A program made the position numbers and the translations under genes. 64,000 bases of DNA from Nitrososphaeraceae archaeon (GTDB lineage Archaea; Thermoproteota; Nitrososphaeria; Nitrososphaerales; Nitrososphaeraceae): positions 96,001-160,000 of the forward strand of contig JBIOZG010000012.1 in NCBI GenBank assembly GCA_044870765.1. The letters run 5' to 3'. Of this stretch, positions 22,894-33,158 are shown piece by piece (within the stretch, counting starts at the first letter, position 1; every line of letters begins with the position of its first letter). A model generated the notes under the pieces. That model was not told where the DNA came from and ran no database searches. It saw nothing but the letters and a program-made list of their open reading frames with translations.

Positions 22894-23211
22894 TTAACTT
22901 TTTTCCTTATTAACAGCACCTTCGATTGCCTTCCTAAGATCATCATCATTCTTATTTGTATAGTCTATTCCTAACGATTCTGCTATCTCTTCGAGTTTTT
23001 CTCGTCCGACCTTATCTTTTCCCCGAATTTGCTCCAGTTCTTTTTTAGCTTCAATTCTTGCCTTTTCATATTCCGCTGTTGCCTTTCCAAAAGACCTTGC
23101 TAATTCAGGAATTTTCTTGACACCGAAAAACAAAACTACGATAATAACTATGATTATTAGAAATTCATATCCAGTTGGCATTTGCAAAATAGCGTTATGG
23201 ATACCATACAT
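22894..23211 (-). CDS. tatA: Twin-arginine translocase TatA/E subunit
   Basis: TM helix followed by FGVKKIPELARSFGKATAEYEK. Confidence 0.9.
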   Translation of the reverse strand: MYGIHNAILQMPTGYEFLIIIVIIVVLFFGVKKIPELARSFGKATAEYEKARIEAKKELEQIRGKDKVGREKLEEIAESLGIDYTNKNDDDLRKAIEGAVNKEKS

Positions 23212-23698
23212 AAGTACAAGGTAGACATGGTTGAGATTTAAATGTTGATGGTATTTTTTTAATCGCTCATATAATTATTACATCGATCATTTCCATTAAT
23301 TCCCCAAAATACCTAAACTGCGAAGGGCAATTACAAGAATCATAATTACCTTAACTCGATCGAATCTGTTTGCGAGTATTATTATTACATCATTTTTAGG
23401 GTGTTCGATGGGACACCAGGTTATTACTTGATTTCTTACCTGAAGAATATGATAAAAAACAAGCAAGTCAGGTGATCGTATTATTAATTGAATTGGATTT
23501 ATAGCATGAGTTACCCATTCCTTGATACCTCAAATACAAACTCGTTATAGTTACTATGTAATTCATAATGAATAAAAAATCCATTGATACTTGTTATAAA
23601 ACATTTTAATAGAATTTACGATCATTGACATTTGTTAGTAGAATAAATAAAATGATTCAACTTTTATGGATATAACCGACTGCTTTACATAATGATTC

Positions 23699-24058
23699 TT
23701 GGCACTTAAAGAAATATTACTCCCTCAAGAGAACATAATGTTCAGAAGCAAGACGAAGCTCAAATGTACAGAAAAGAAATACCATATCATCGTCACAAAT
23801 CTAAGAATACTACTATATTCAGAAAGAGGACGTTTTTTTAAATCACCAGATGTAATAAGTGAAAGACTCGAGAGCATTTATGGTATAGAATACAATGAAG
23901 AAGGGATGTTCTTCAAAACTTCTAAAATTCGAATACAGGGCGGCATAAGATTTGAAATAAGCGGTCATCTCTCTGATGTAAAACCTGTTTTTAATTTCAT
24001 TCAATCAATAGTAAATAAATCTGAAAATCCACTAATTAGAAGATTGGATGAGTCTTAA
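23699..24058 (+). CDS. Bacterial PH-domain-like small protein
   Basis: LLPQENI...IIVTNLRILLY...IYGIEYNEEGMFF resembles the bPH pattern. Confidence 0.6.
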   Translation: MALKEILLPQENIMFRSKTKLKCTEKKYHIIVTNLRILLYSERGRFFKSPDVISERLESIYGIEYNEEGMFFKTSKIRIQGGIRFEISGHLSDVKPVFNFIQSIVNKSENPLIRRLDES

Positions 24059-24130
24059 ACTCCTATATACCCCTCTCCCTCGTCCACAGGTAATTCAATA
24101 CTAATTTACTCTACTTCACTGAAAGTACTG

Positions 24131-25078
24131 TTGTGGTATTCTAACAAGGCACCTACAATTGAAAGAACATATTCAAAATCAATAATTCATCATTTCAAGG
24201 TTGGGTCACATCTAGGGTTAACAATAAACCCATATCAAGGATGTCAGCACAGGTGCGGATATTGCTACGCAACGTACAAATGGTCGCCAAATTTTTATGA
24301 CAAGATTTATGGCAAAATAAATGCCGCTGAAATTCTGGAATCTGAATTGAACAGATGGAAAAATACTTCAATGTTACCTGTCATGATATCGTCAGCAACA
24401 GACGCCTATCAATCTGCAGAGGCGAAGTTTGGTATCACAAGGAAAAGTATCCAGGTATTGCAACAGTACCATATTCCATTTTACATTTTCACAAAATCAT
24501 CATTGATCGAACGAGACCTCGACCTGTTTAGTAAATACTCTGATGATTGTTTCATAGTTTGGTCTATAACAACTGTAGATGAAAAATTAAGACGCATCAT
24601 AGAACCAGGAACACCTCCAGCCTCAAGAATTTTTGAGACGATAAATAAGTTTGTTAAGTTTGGGATTAAGTGTTGTGTCAATATTGATCCCATAATTCCA
24701 TTCATTACTGATGGCGAGCAACAAATTAGGAATATTGTCAACAAATGTCAGCAATCAGGCCTAGGAAATATATCTGGATCGGTCCTTCGCCTGAGATATG
24801 ATATTTGGTCTAGAATTAGAGAAGTTTTAGAACTAATTGATTTATCATGGGCGATTAAAGAGTACGAGCAAATATTTGGTTTTCAGGAACCCATTCTACA
24901 TGAGAATAATCTAACTGCAGATGAACGCTATACCGATAAAGTGATGAGCAACCTCAAATATGAGATTTTGAATAGGAATATTGAATTTGGTTTTGAGAAT
25001 CTAATTGCACAAATCTCTAGAATGAAACAAGGATGCCCCGTTTCTTTACAGCAGTGCAGAATAAGCGAATTTCTTTAA
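24131..25078 (+). CDS. Radical SAM protein, spore-photoproduct-lyase-like family
   Basis: INPYQGCQHRCGYCYA, SSATDAYQ, TKS.LI.RDLD, IEPG. Confidence 0.9.
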   Translation: MWYSNKAPTIERTYSKSIIHHFKVGSHLGLTINPYQGCQHRCGYCYATYKWSPNFYDKIYGKINAAEILESELNRWKNTSMLPVMISSATDAYQSAEAKFGITRKSIQVLQQYHIPFYIFTKSSLIERDLDLFSKYSDDCFIVWSITTVDEKLRRIIEPGTPPASRIFETINKFVKFGIKCCVNIDPIIPFITDGEQQIRNIVNKCQQSGLGNISGSVLRLRYDIWSRIREVLELIDLSWAIKEYEQIFGFQEPILHENNLTADERYTDKVMSNLKYEILNRNIEFGFENLIAQISRMKQGCPVSLQQCRISEFL

Positions 25079-25158
25079 CTAGTTTTCAGTTACAAAATCT
25101 ATCTACAAGATACTTGATTCAAGATATGGACATAATCTGGATAACAAAAAATTTGTAC

Positions 25159-25464
25159 TTAGCCGACTCTCTTCATCTTAGAGCCGCAACGCGGACATGC
25201 AGCTTCTCTATGCTTTGTGCCACAGCTCATACAGTAGTAATTTACCGAGTTACCCGAAAAAGGAGATGACAGAGAACCAAACATTCCCACTCCTGAGCCC
25301 ATTTTATTCATCTTTCTAAATCGCCAGTAATTCCACGAAAGAAATATTCCTATTATAACAATCCAAGAATATGGAAATGGAATAAACATTGCTACTGTTA
25401 TGCTTATGCCTATCGAAATGACAATCCACATTATGCTTTGGGTAAGAAAATCTCTATTTTCCAT
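25159..25464 (-). CDS. Two-TM membrane protein with C-terminal zinc ribbon
   Basis: Two hydrophobic helices followed by CMSCG...CPRCGS. Confidence 0.75.
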   Translation of the reverse strand: MENRDFLTQSIMWIVISIGISITVAMFIPFPYSWIVIIGIFLSWNYWRFRKMNKMGSGVGMFGSLSSPFSGNSVNYYCMSCGTKHREAACPRCGSKMKRVG

Positions 25465-25779
25465 GCTTTAATATAATAATTGATGAAACAAGATTATTAA
25501 GGTTAACTATTTAGAAACTCATTTTTATCTACGCATTGCACTTTAACGTATTATTTTTTTGATCTTTATGAAATACTACAATTTTAGACATTCTAATTAT
25601 CGACGCTTTCTCCTAATCTTTTAGGAATTTAACTCCGTCATTGTTAGATATTTCTCGGGTCTTTCCTACGAAAATATATTTTTGCTTTTTACGATCAGAT
25701 TGATATGTATGTTGTGGAGATGTGAGACAAGACAGACAATTTAATGTGGAATGGGTTGAATGTTGAGAAAGGTGCCAAA

Positions 25780-26901
25780 TTATCTAACAACGAGTTTAAA
25801 GACGTTGGTAAGCCTGCGCCATCTATAAAACTTCTTCCAAATCAATATTCCCGCGTAAGCCGAGACAAATGATACCGGCATCAAAATTGGTATAATGAAT
25901 TTCCAGAAAAGCTGATCAAAAATCGTTACGCTTTCAAATGTAATTAGATCAATTCCAAAGTAGGCTTTGAACATATTCACCGACCATGGGAAATACAAAG
26001 TGATGAAGGAAAAAGAAATGGCAATTGAAAAGACTATACGTAAGAAGTCTTTAGATGGGCGAACGGCGAGTACTTTGTTATTATTTTTGGTATAAGTTGC
26101 AATGATGTCTAATAACAAGGGAACTAGTATGTTTAGAAGATAAAGAGGAAATAGACCTGCAAAGTAAACATTGGAAATAATTGTAGAAGATGACTGTAAT
26201 GTCATTAAGGTTGCGGCTACAACAGTCATTCGAAAAGGAAAGGAAATGCCCTGCACTGAATAGAAAATAATGGCCGTGAATACAGCAGGCAAGGTTGATC
26301 CCAGGACCAACGCTATTGTAGGAGAGGGATTAAAATCAAAGTATTGACCTTCAGAAAAGGGAAGCGTGAACATGAAAACAAAATTGACTAGGACCATCCA
26401 AAGAATTCCAAATGTGATCAATTCAGAAGCTAACCTGAATTTGGTTTTAAAGTCAGACAAATGTGTACCTATCAGTGCACCAATTATCGAAAGCAACATT
26501 CCACTAATCAGCATTAAATGTGGCGGACTAAGGAGGCCGTCAAATCCAAAATTAGAGTGCCACCAATTATCAAATTGACCTGAGAATACTTCAACCAGAG
26601 ATCCCAAGATAATTAGCTTTAATGGAGTAGGAATTCTGTGGTGGATCGAAAAAATTGATCCAGTTGAGTGATTACCATGTTTTATTGAAAATATTATCCC
26701 TGCAAAAGTGGATACTAAAGATAAACCAACACCAGAGTACAATACTGTATGTGGTGGAGTAAAGAAAGATTCTACATTTACAACGCCATGCCAAATAATA
26801 TCCCAATTTGCGGCGCCCACTTGAAGGGCCACGCCTATCGAGACGAGAAAATAAATCCAAAGCAAACTGTGCGATGATAATTCTTCCTTCGTATAGTTCA
26901 A
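25780..26901 (-). CDS. Polytopic membrane protein with two AmoC/PmoC-like D-x3-H-x12-H motifs
   Basis: WDIIWHGVVNVESFFTPPH and FDNWWHSNFGFDGLLSPPH, about 9-10 TM helices. Confidence 0.75.
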   Translation of the reverse strand: MNYTKEELSSHSLLWIYFLVSIGVALQVGAANWDIIWHGVVNVESFFTPPHTVLYSGVGLSLVSTFAGIIFSIKHGNHSTGSIFSIHHRIPTPLKLIILGSLVEVFSGQFDNWWHSNFGFDGLLSPPHLMLISGMLLSIIGALIGTHLSDFKTKFRLASELITFGILWMVLVNFVFMFTLPFSEGQYFDFNPSPTIALVLGSTLPAVFTAIIFYSVQGISFPFRMTVVAATLMTLQSSSTIISNVYFAGLFPLYLLNILVPLLLDIIATYTKNNNKVLAVRPSKDFLRIVFSIAISFSFITLYFPWSVNMFKAYFGIDLITFESVTIFDQLFWKFIIPILMPVSFVSAYAGILIWKKFYRWRRLTNVFKLVVR

Positions 26902-27028
26902 AATACAGAGTACCCTAGCCTTCGCACAAATTTATTCTTATCAGAGAATAATCATTTGATTTTGTTTTTATATGACTCTATAATCTTATACGACTGGTTA
27001 GTCAAATAGTACAAAGGGGATATTTAGT

Positions 27029-27334
27029 ATGGATTTTTTTGAAATGGAAAAAGTACTTGAAGAGCTTGTACGTACTTTCGCGTCTCCAAGTGCAACAACC
27101 TGGTTTAAAGTAACTGGTGACAAGAGACCAACACTTGATGAATACAGAATGAAAGTAGCAGAATTTATGAACTTGTTTGAGTCTGCTCTGTCATCTGGAT
27201 TTCAAAGCGACCCAAATTCCAATGATATCTTAAATTTTATCAAAAAAGGTGTACAAAACCATACCACTTTTGTTTTATCCGGCAAAAATAAAGAAGTCGA
27301 AAAAAGATACAAGTATTACGTAGAGTATGGATAA
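27029..27334 (+). CDS. Hypothetical protein
   Basis: 101-aa ATG ORF with normal composition. Confidence 0.7.
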   Translation: MDFFEMEKVLEELVRTFASPSATTWFKVTGDKRPTLDEYRMKVAEFMNLFESALSSGFQSDPNSNDILNFIKKGVQNHTTFVLSGKNKEVEKRYKYYVEYG

Positions 27335-27340
27335 AATTAA

Positions 27341-27420
27341 TCTGGTAAGCCTCCATTCACCAATCAAAGTTTTTGGCTCCACGATAAGGCGAATGGGCCT
27401 AGCTAAGAGTCAGGGACAAA
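27341..27420 (-). ncRNA. Candidate small structured RNA (hairpin)
   Basis: GC-enriched intergenic segment. Minus strand folds UAGGC-CCAUUCGCC with GGUGAAUGG-(AG)-GCUUA, including two G-U pairs. Confidence 0.3.
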
Positions 27421-27466
27421 TTATACGAGATTATTCTAATATGACGTCATCATATTATCGATTGGG

Positions 27467-27673
27467 ATGAATAAGAAACGTTCTGATAAGAGAAAAATTA
27501 CTGGTAAAGAACTGTCATCAGAAGACGAGTTTGTTATAAAGTTAGAAACATTGATAGAGATTTTGGACAGTAAAGGGATTCTAGGCAAAAAAGAATTTGA
27601 AAGAACATTCACAATGCGACTGCATGAAATTTCAAAAGCAAGAGCATTTGAAGATCTGGATGAAGAAATTTAA
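27467..27673 (+). CDS. Small hypothetical protein
   Basis: 68-aa ATG ORF with LETLIEILDSKGILGKKEF helical motif. Confidence 0.65.
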   Translation: MNKKRSDKRKITGKELSSEDEFVIKLETLIEILDSKGILGKKEFERTFTMRLHEISKARAFEDLDEEI

Positions 27674-27790
27674 AATCTATTGCAGCTCGATACGACTTGT
27701 CTTAATTTGGTTTTATTAAACCGATTTGTAGAGTCCTTTCGCTTTGAAAAAATACAAATGTAAAAAAATGAACGATCGTAATTTCTACAA

Positions 27791-28570
27791 TTACACGGCC
27801 TTCATTCTCTTAAAAGAAAAGATCCCAATCAGAGTAATGAGTAGTGTAAACAGTAGCAGTAATTGCAGATCTAATTCAAAAGAGTACGTTCCTAAATGTA
27901 AGATACTATTCCTAATAGCATCTACGGAATAGGTCGCAGGATCTATAAGAGTTATGAAACTAAGCCATGCAGGCAAGTTATCTATTGGATACAATGCACC
28001 GCTGAGGAAGAATAAAGGAAATACAACAAAGCTAACAATTAATTGAAATCCTTCTAGGCTCTCAATATAACTCCCGAAAGTTAGACCCAATGATGTCAAA
28101 CCAAATGAGAGTATCAATGCAATTGATATTATTTGAAGTAATGAAAGTGCGTCATAATTAATTCCTAAAGGAACTCCAATTACCAATATGATAGCCACCT
28201 GAAGAAGCGAAGTCGTCATTCCGCCGAGAGTTTTTCCAACGAATACTGTAGTTCTACTTGATGGCGCTACCATTACACTTTTTAGAAAATCAAATTTCCT
28301 ATCCCAGATTATGTACGAACCAAAAAAAACAGAAGTAAAGATGACGGACATGCAGATGATACCAGGGAAGATAAATTTTTGATAATCTGTTCCTATTTGA
28401 AGGTTCGTTGATCCCAAACCAGATCCAATAACAAATAACCATAACAAAGGAGTGAAAGTGGAAGCGACAAGTCTACTCCTTTCACGTAGGAATACCTTAA
28501 ATTCTCTAAGCCATAAAGCATATAGCTGTCCCAATATTATTTTTAGTTCACGATTTCTTGTACTGAGCAT
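27791..28570 (-). CDS. ABC-2 type exporter permease (DrrB-like)
   Basis: FIFPGII, DRKFDFLK, PLFFLSGALYP, DPATYSVDAIR. Confidence 0.92.
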   Translation of the reverse strand: MLSTRNRELKIILGQLYALWLREFKVFLRERSRLVASTFTPLLWLFVIGSGLGSTNLQIGTDYQKFIFPGIICMSVIFTSVFFGSYIIWDRKFDFLKSVMVAPSSRTTVFVGKTLGGMTTSLLQVAIILVIGVPLGINYDALSLLQIISIALILSFGLTSLGLTFGSYIESLEGFQLIVSFVVFPLFFLSGALYPIDNLPAWLSFITLIDPATYSVDAIRNSILHLGTYSFELDLQLLLLFTLLITLIGIFSFKRMKAV

Positions 28571-29513
28571 ACCTTTGCATAAATCCCCCTTCTGGACTAT
28601 CTCCGGATAAAGAACCGCCAGAAAGTCTCAAGAATACGTCATTTAAAGTTGGTTTCTTATATTCTATCGTTCGAACTCCTTTCAAGTCTTTTATCAGGCT
28701 GTGCATATTTGAATTTACCTCATCCATGTAGACAATCGCAGTGTTTTTCTCAAGCTCTACTTTGTGAACAAAATCGAAACGTGTAAAAGTTTCGGTGGAA
28801 GGAATATCACCAATAAAGTTTATTTTTACAATATCCCCGCCCATTTCCTGTTTTAAATTCGTCGGTGAGTTCAGGGCTATTATTTTTCCATTGCTAATAA
28901 AACCAATTCTATCACAAAGCAAATCTGCCTCTTCCATGTAATGTGTGGTTAAAATGATTGTTACTTTTTCTTCTGTTACTATTTCTTTGATATATGTCCA
29001 CATGCTTTCCCTACTTTGAGGGTCTAATCCGAGGGTGGGTTCATCTAAAAAAAGAACTTTTGGGTGATGTAAGAGTCCTCGTGCTATTTCTAATCTTCTT
29101 CTCATGCCTCCAGAATATTTCTTTACCTGGTCGTTTTTTCTACCTTCCAACCCCACTAGTTTTAACACCTCTGAAATTCTTTTCTCCCTAGTCCCACGTG
29201 GTATACCGTAGAGTAGTGCGTGAATCTTTAGATTTTCATATCCTGTAAGGATATCATCACTACTTGGAGCTTGAAATACAACTCCTATACTTTTCCGCAC
29301 TTTAGTGGCATTATGCAGCACGTCATATCCATTGACTACTGCCCCTCCTGTTGTTGGTTTCAGCAGTGTCGCTAATATATGTATGAGAGTAGTCTTGCCT
29401 GCACCATTCGGACCCAACAGTCCAAATATTTCATTTTCATTGACCTCAAAACTTAATCCATTTAACGCATAGAAATCTCCATACTTCTTGACAAGATTTT
29501 TAACGATTATCAA
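28548..29513 (-). CDS. ABC exporter ATP-binding protein (DrrA-like)
   Basis: GPNGAGKTT, YSGGMRRRL, LFLDEPT, TTHYMEEA, PTLNDVF. Confidence 0.95.
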   Translation of the reverse strand: MIIVKNLVKKYGDFYALNGLSFEVNENEIFGLLGPNGAGKTTLIHILATLLKPTTGGAVVNGYDVLHNATKVRKSIGVVFQAPSSDDILTGYENLKIHALLYGIPRGTREKRISEVLKLVGLEGRKNDQVKKYSGGMRRRLEIARGLLHHPKVLFLDEPTLGLDPQSRESMWTYIKEIVTEEKVTIILTTHYMEEADLLCDRIGFISNGKIIALNSPTNLKQEMGGDIVKINFIGDIPSTETFTRFDFVHKVELEKNTAIVYMDEVNSNMHSLIKDLKGVRTIEYKKPTLNDVFLRLSGGSLSGDSPEGGFMQRYAQYKKS

Positions 29514-30225
29514 TTTGTCTAATCCTCTTTTTGTGCCTCTCGAGAATAACTTTTGTAGTATTATCCATAGTTTGATAAATGGTGTCCATATAATAACTGT
29601 AAGATTCTAATTATAAAGTAGAGTTGGAGTCAGATCCTCAAGGAAAATAATTACTCTTTCTAGCATCTTCAAAGCTTTCAGCGTTTGTTCTGAATATGTC
29701 GTTTTCTGGCATGCCAGGAATGTTCTGATAAGGTAATCGGCAATAATGCTTTTTAATGTACTTCATCCAAGCTTACATGTAATAATTAATTATTATATGT
29801 TTCTAACATCAGGGATACAAAGTGATTTCGAATAAAAATCTACTTATAGATATTGCTGCATTTTAGTGCTCCGCGATTTCATCAGGGTCTAACAGAAATT
29901 CATATAGTTATTTAGTATTACGACAAATTGAATTCAAATAATATTTCTTCTAAACGTATTGTCGCAGCTATAATATTACTATACGCATGTTACTGCATTA
30001 AGAATCACCTATTCAATATTTTATCAGAGTTAAAACACAGCATTAGATAAAAATAGATGATATTCGTTTGATTATTGATATATAGTATTTCTATCTTCAT
30101 TAGGGATAAATGATCTCATTTCCATGTCCAATGTTCTTTTGCGAAAGATCCTTTATTTTCCACCTTTTCAATAGACCCTCTAAATACGAGAAGTATGCCC
30201 AATAGTTAATTTTAATACTGGGAAT

Positions 30226-30660
30226 ATGGTGTTAATTACTGTGTTTTTTAAAAGAAAAAAAGAACTAGCTGAAGTAAAAAGAAAAGTCGTTTTGACAAAA
30301 CACATTACAGACAGTATCATTACTTATGCAAAGTCATGGCATCCCAACGAGGGAATATTGATTTTGCAGGGTAAGAAAGATAAACATGTTATCAATGTAA
30401 CAGGCTTAATTATTCCACCCTTTTCAACTCATGGACCATATTATTCGGGTTTTCCTGTCTATGAACTTCCATTCGATTTATCATATATTGGAACGATTCA
30501 TTCACATCCTAGCGGATCGAACAAGCCATCCTTAGAAGACTTGAATCATTTTTTCGGTCTTGTTTCAATAATAATTTGTTTTCCGTATGAAGCTCAAAAT
30601 ATAGGGGCGTACGATCGTAATGGAAACAGGCTGGATGTTGAAACTGGATACTACCTTTGA
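30226..30660 (+). CDS. JAMM/MPN+ (Mov34) metalloprotease
   Basis: HPNE and GTIHSHPSGSNKPSLED (H-x-H-x7-S-x2-D). Confidence 0.9.
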   Translation: MVLITVFFKRKKELAEVKRKVVLTKHITDSIITYAKSWHPNEGILILQGKKDKHVINVTGLIIPPFSTHGPYYSGFPVYELPFDLSYIGTIHSHPSGSNKPSLEDLNHFFGLVSIIICFPYEAQNIGAYDRNGNRLDVETGYYL

Positions 30661-30899
30661 CATATTTTACGACATGTCAAAATCGATTTGGAAATTGAAC
30701 GGAGAATAGAAATTTTGGATTAGAACTAAAAATCAAAGATGCATGGCTGATGAGATCTAGGGTTTGGCGATATATTCTAAGAATTTATTAGCCCATCACG
30801 GAAATCTTTCCAAAGCGGTATACAATACGTGTAACTTAGTTAAGGCACGTTCTTATATCAAGATGAATAAATTTATGGTTAATCTTTTAACACCATCAA

Positions 30900-30945
30900 C
30901 ACTGGTGGGTCGTCCCATTGTCAACTCCACCAACGCCCACCAGTG
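30900..30945. repeat. Palindromic element, CYGGTGGG family
   Basis: Perfect 10-bp inverted repeat CACTGGTGGG / CCCACCAGTG with a 26-nt spacer. Confidence 0.75.
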
Positions 30946-31117
30946 AACTAATTTTCCAATTTGTTGTGTAACCCGGAGATTCCGACTATTACTACGATTA
31001 GTACGATTATCGCTTTCAGTACAGTCGAATACATGTTGCATTCTCCTATAATTTTTTAAAGCCAATTATCAACCTAAATATATATTTAATTTGATTCATA
31101 TTAAGAAAGTGTAAAAC

Positions 31118-31438
31118 ATGTTGCTTGAACAATTAAGAGATAGGGCATTCTTTCAAAATACTATTGATGTGTGGATAGCCTACTGTGAAGAAAGAGAGAT
31201 TGATTGGTATGATGTCGAAGGATATCGACGTTTCATAAATTATTTGAATTCAAATGGTCTTAAAATGCAAAAATTCCCATTATGTGTTAAAGAGTCAGGA
31301 GGTCTTTATGAGAGAGGGAAAGACAAGACCAAGTTTCTAGACGAATTATCTCACTATTCTGATGATGACTCCTCTGCATATACTCTAAAACTGAGCGGCG
31401 ACGCCATAGATAAGATCCGTAGTTTCAAGAATTCATAA
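31118..31438 (+). CDS. Hypothetical protein
   Basis: 106-aa ATG ORF with normal composition. Confidence 0.7.
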   Translation: MLLEQLRDRAFFQNTIDVWIAYCEEREIDWYDVEGYRRFINYLNSNGLKMQKFPLCVKESGGLYERGKDKTKFLDELSHYSDDDSSAYTLKLSGDAIDKIRSFKNS

Positions 31439-31643
31439 ATGCAAGCTTGGGTACGCTTACAAACATGACAATATCCCAATCCGTTAAACTTTAATTTACG
31501 TTACTATAAACACTGTTACTACGGAGAGTATTTCACCTACACAGTATCTGAATAGATTAAAGTTTCATATATCTATTTTATTATGTATGCTTTGAAAATG
31601 ATGTTTATCCCTCAAGTATTATTTTTTTTAGAATCTATCTTTC

Positions 31644-33035
31644 TTACTTTTCAACCTTAAAGTTTGTCTCCATATTTGAGGTGATGTAACCGGGTGCGCT
31701 GCCATTAACTTTCACTACAAAAATTCCTACTTTTGCATTTTCTGGTATATCTAAAGTCAAGTTTCCTGTGTCATTTTTCATTGTAAATTTCTTTATAATC
31801 TTTTTTGATGAATCTAAAATTTGTCCACTTATTGTTGCATTTTTTATCTTATCATCTGAGTCGGCGTCAAAAAGATCTATCCTTATCAGTTGTTCCTCTC
31901 CTTTGGCAACATGATTTTTATCAATCAAAGTTTGAATTACAATCTTTCTCTGTTTATGATCATTATTATTACTAATATTTTGTCCATTATCCGCAATCTG
32001 ATTGGTCTTGTTTTGCTCGTTTATAATATTGCCTCTATCTCTAACAATAATATCTACATCATCTGTAGAAATTTTTCCCTTACTATCAGTGACAGTAAGT
32101 TCAAATGTAAACGTAGTATCGGTCGAAACAGTAGGAGAGATAAATGACCATATCATAGTATTTGCACTACCTATCGTAATATTGGGATTGGGAATTTGTT
32201 TCCACGAGTAAGACAAGATAACACTATCATTACTCAGACTCAAACTGCCATTAAGTGTGACAGGTGAATCCTCATAGACTGTTTGATCTTTCCCTGCGTC
32301 TGCAGATAATCCAGTATCGTTGGATCTTGACAAAAGTCCAAGAGAATTTTGATTTGATTCTATTTCAAGGATCGAGGGTGGTACGCCACCGTTCATTAGA
32401 GTGTCATTGGGATTAAATGTTCTATTGTTATCTGTTCCGTAAACTCCTCTGAATTCGTCTGAATTGGTAACTTGAAACTTTGAATTATTTTCATTGATTG
32501 TTGGAATAGCAAAATCGAAATTATTAGTTGAGAATACATCGCCATTCTTTTCTTGTTCATTTGATTTCATGTTTGGATCTGCATCGGGTAAACCTGAGCT
32601 TATGGCAGGAGAATATGTTTTCGACTTTGTAACGCCATGAACATTTATTGAATATTGAGACGTCATGTTTTCATCTGGTGAATTTAGACAGGACAACATC
32701 GCCGTGAGTTTGTTTGGACCTTCAGTTATTGCATGAAATGAAGAATCATAATTGAAATTCCACATGGAATAATTATCGCCGTTTGTCGCCTTCGCTGCAT
32801 GTGGAATGGATGACTTATCATTCCATAAAGCGTAAACATCACAGTGTTGACTAGAATTATATGATGCTGTTCCCGTCATAGTCAGATTACCAGCCTGAAC
32901 GTAACTGTTGTTAGCGGGATATACAATTGCAATTTCATAATTTTCTAATTTGGCGTGAGAGTGTTCCATAAAAATAATGGTAAATATAGGTATTAGGGAT
33001 AATAGAATTAGTTTAACATATTTTGTCTGAAGCAA
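31644..33035 (-). CDS. Secreted/surface protein with PKD-like (Ig-fold) domain
   Basis: Signal peptide and ADAGKDQTVYEDSPVTLNGS...SYSWKQ...FTFELTVTDSKG, Asn/Ser/Thr-rich linkers. Confidence 0.8.
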   Translation of the reverse strand: MLQTKYVKLILLSLIPIFTIIFMEHSHAKLENYEIAIVYPANNSYVQAGNLTMTGTASYNSSQHCDVYALWNDKSSIPHAAKATNGDNYSMWNFNYDSSFHAITEGPNKLTAMLSCLNSPDENMTSQYSINVHGVTKSKTYSPAISSGLPDADPNMKSNEQEKNGDVFSTNNFDFAIPTINENNSKFQVTNSDEFRGVYGTDNNRTFNPNDTLMNGGVPPSILEIESNQNSLGLLSRSNDTGLSADAGKDQTVYEDSPVTLNGSLSLSNDSVILSYSWKQIPNPNITIGSANTMIWSFISPTVSTDTTFTFELTVTDSKGKISTDDVDIIVRDRGNIINEQNKTNQIADNGQNISNNNDHKQRKIVIQTLIDKNHVAKGEEQLIRIDLFDADSDDKIKNATISGQILDSSKKIIKKFTMKNDTGNLTLDIPENAKVGIFVVKVNGSAPGYITSNMETNFKVEK

Positions 33036-33158
33036 CTGGTCATCTAATATGTCTAAAAAATTCTATAAAAGGTTCGGCTTTAATTCTAGTTAACTCATGC
33101 GTAAATATGATTTAATCAAAAATATTAGTTCTAAAAATGCAGTTCCAAGCAAAAGAGT

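Noticed and set aside
25780-26901. Calling this gene amoC
   Set aside because: It is about twice the length of archaeal AmoC and lacks AmoC's conserved sequence outside the motif spacing, so it is reported only as AmoC-like.
29500-29790. Short minus-strand ORFs upstream of the ABC ATPase (possible uORF or leader peptide)
   Set aside because: They are under 45 aa with no motif, as expected by chance, and no attenuator structure was seen.
30747-30790. CTGATGAG resembling a hammerhead ribozyme core or a C-box
   Set aside because: There is no stem II followed by GAAA, and no properly spaced CTGA D-box.
30764-31065. Overlapping 60- and 70-aa ORFs on opposite strands
   Set aside because: They span the GC-rich palindrome, have atypical composition and no motif, so they are likely spurious.
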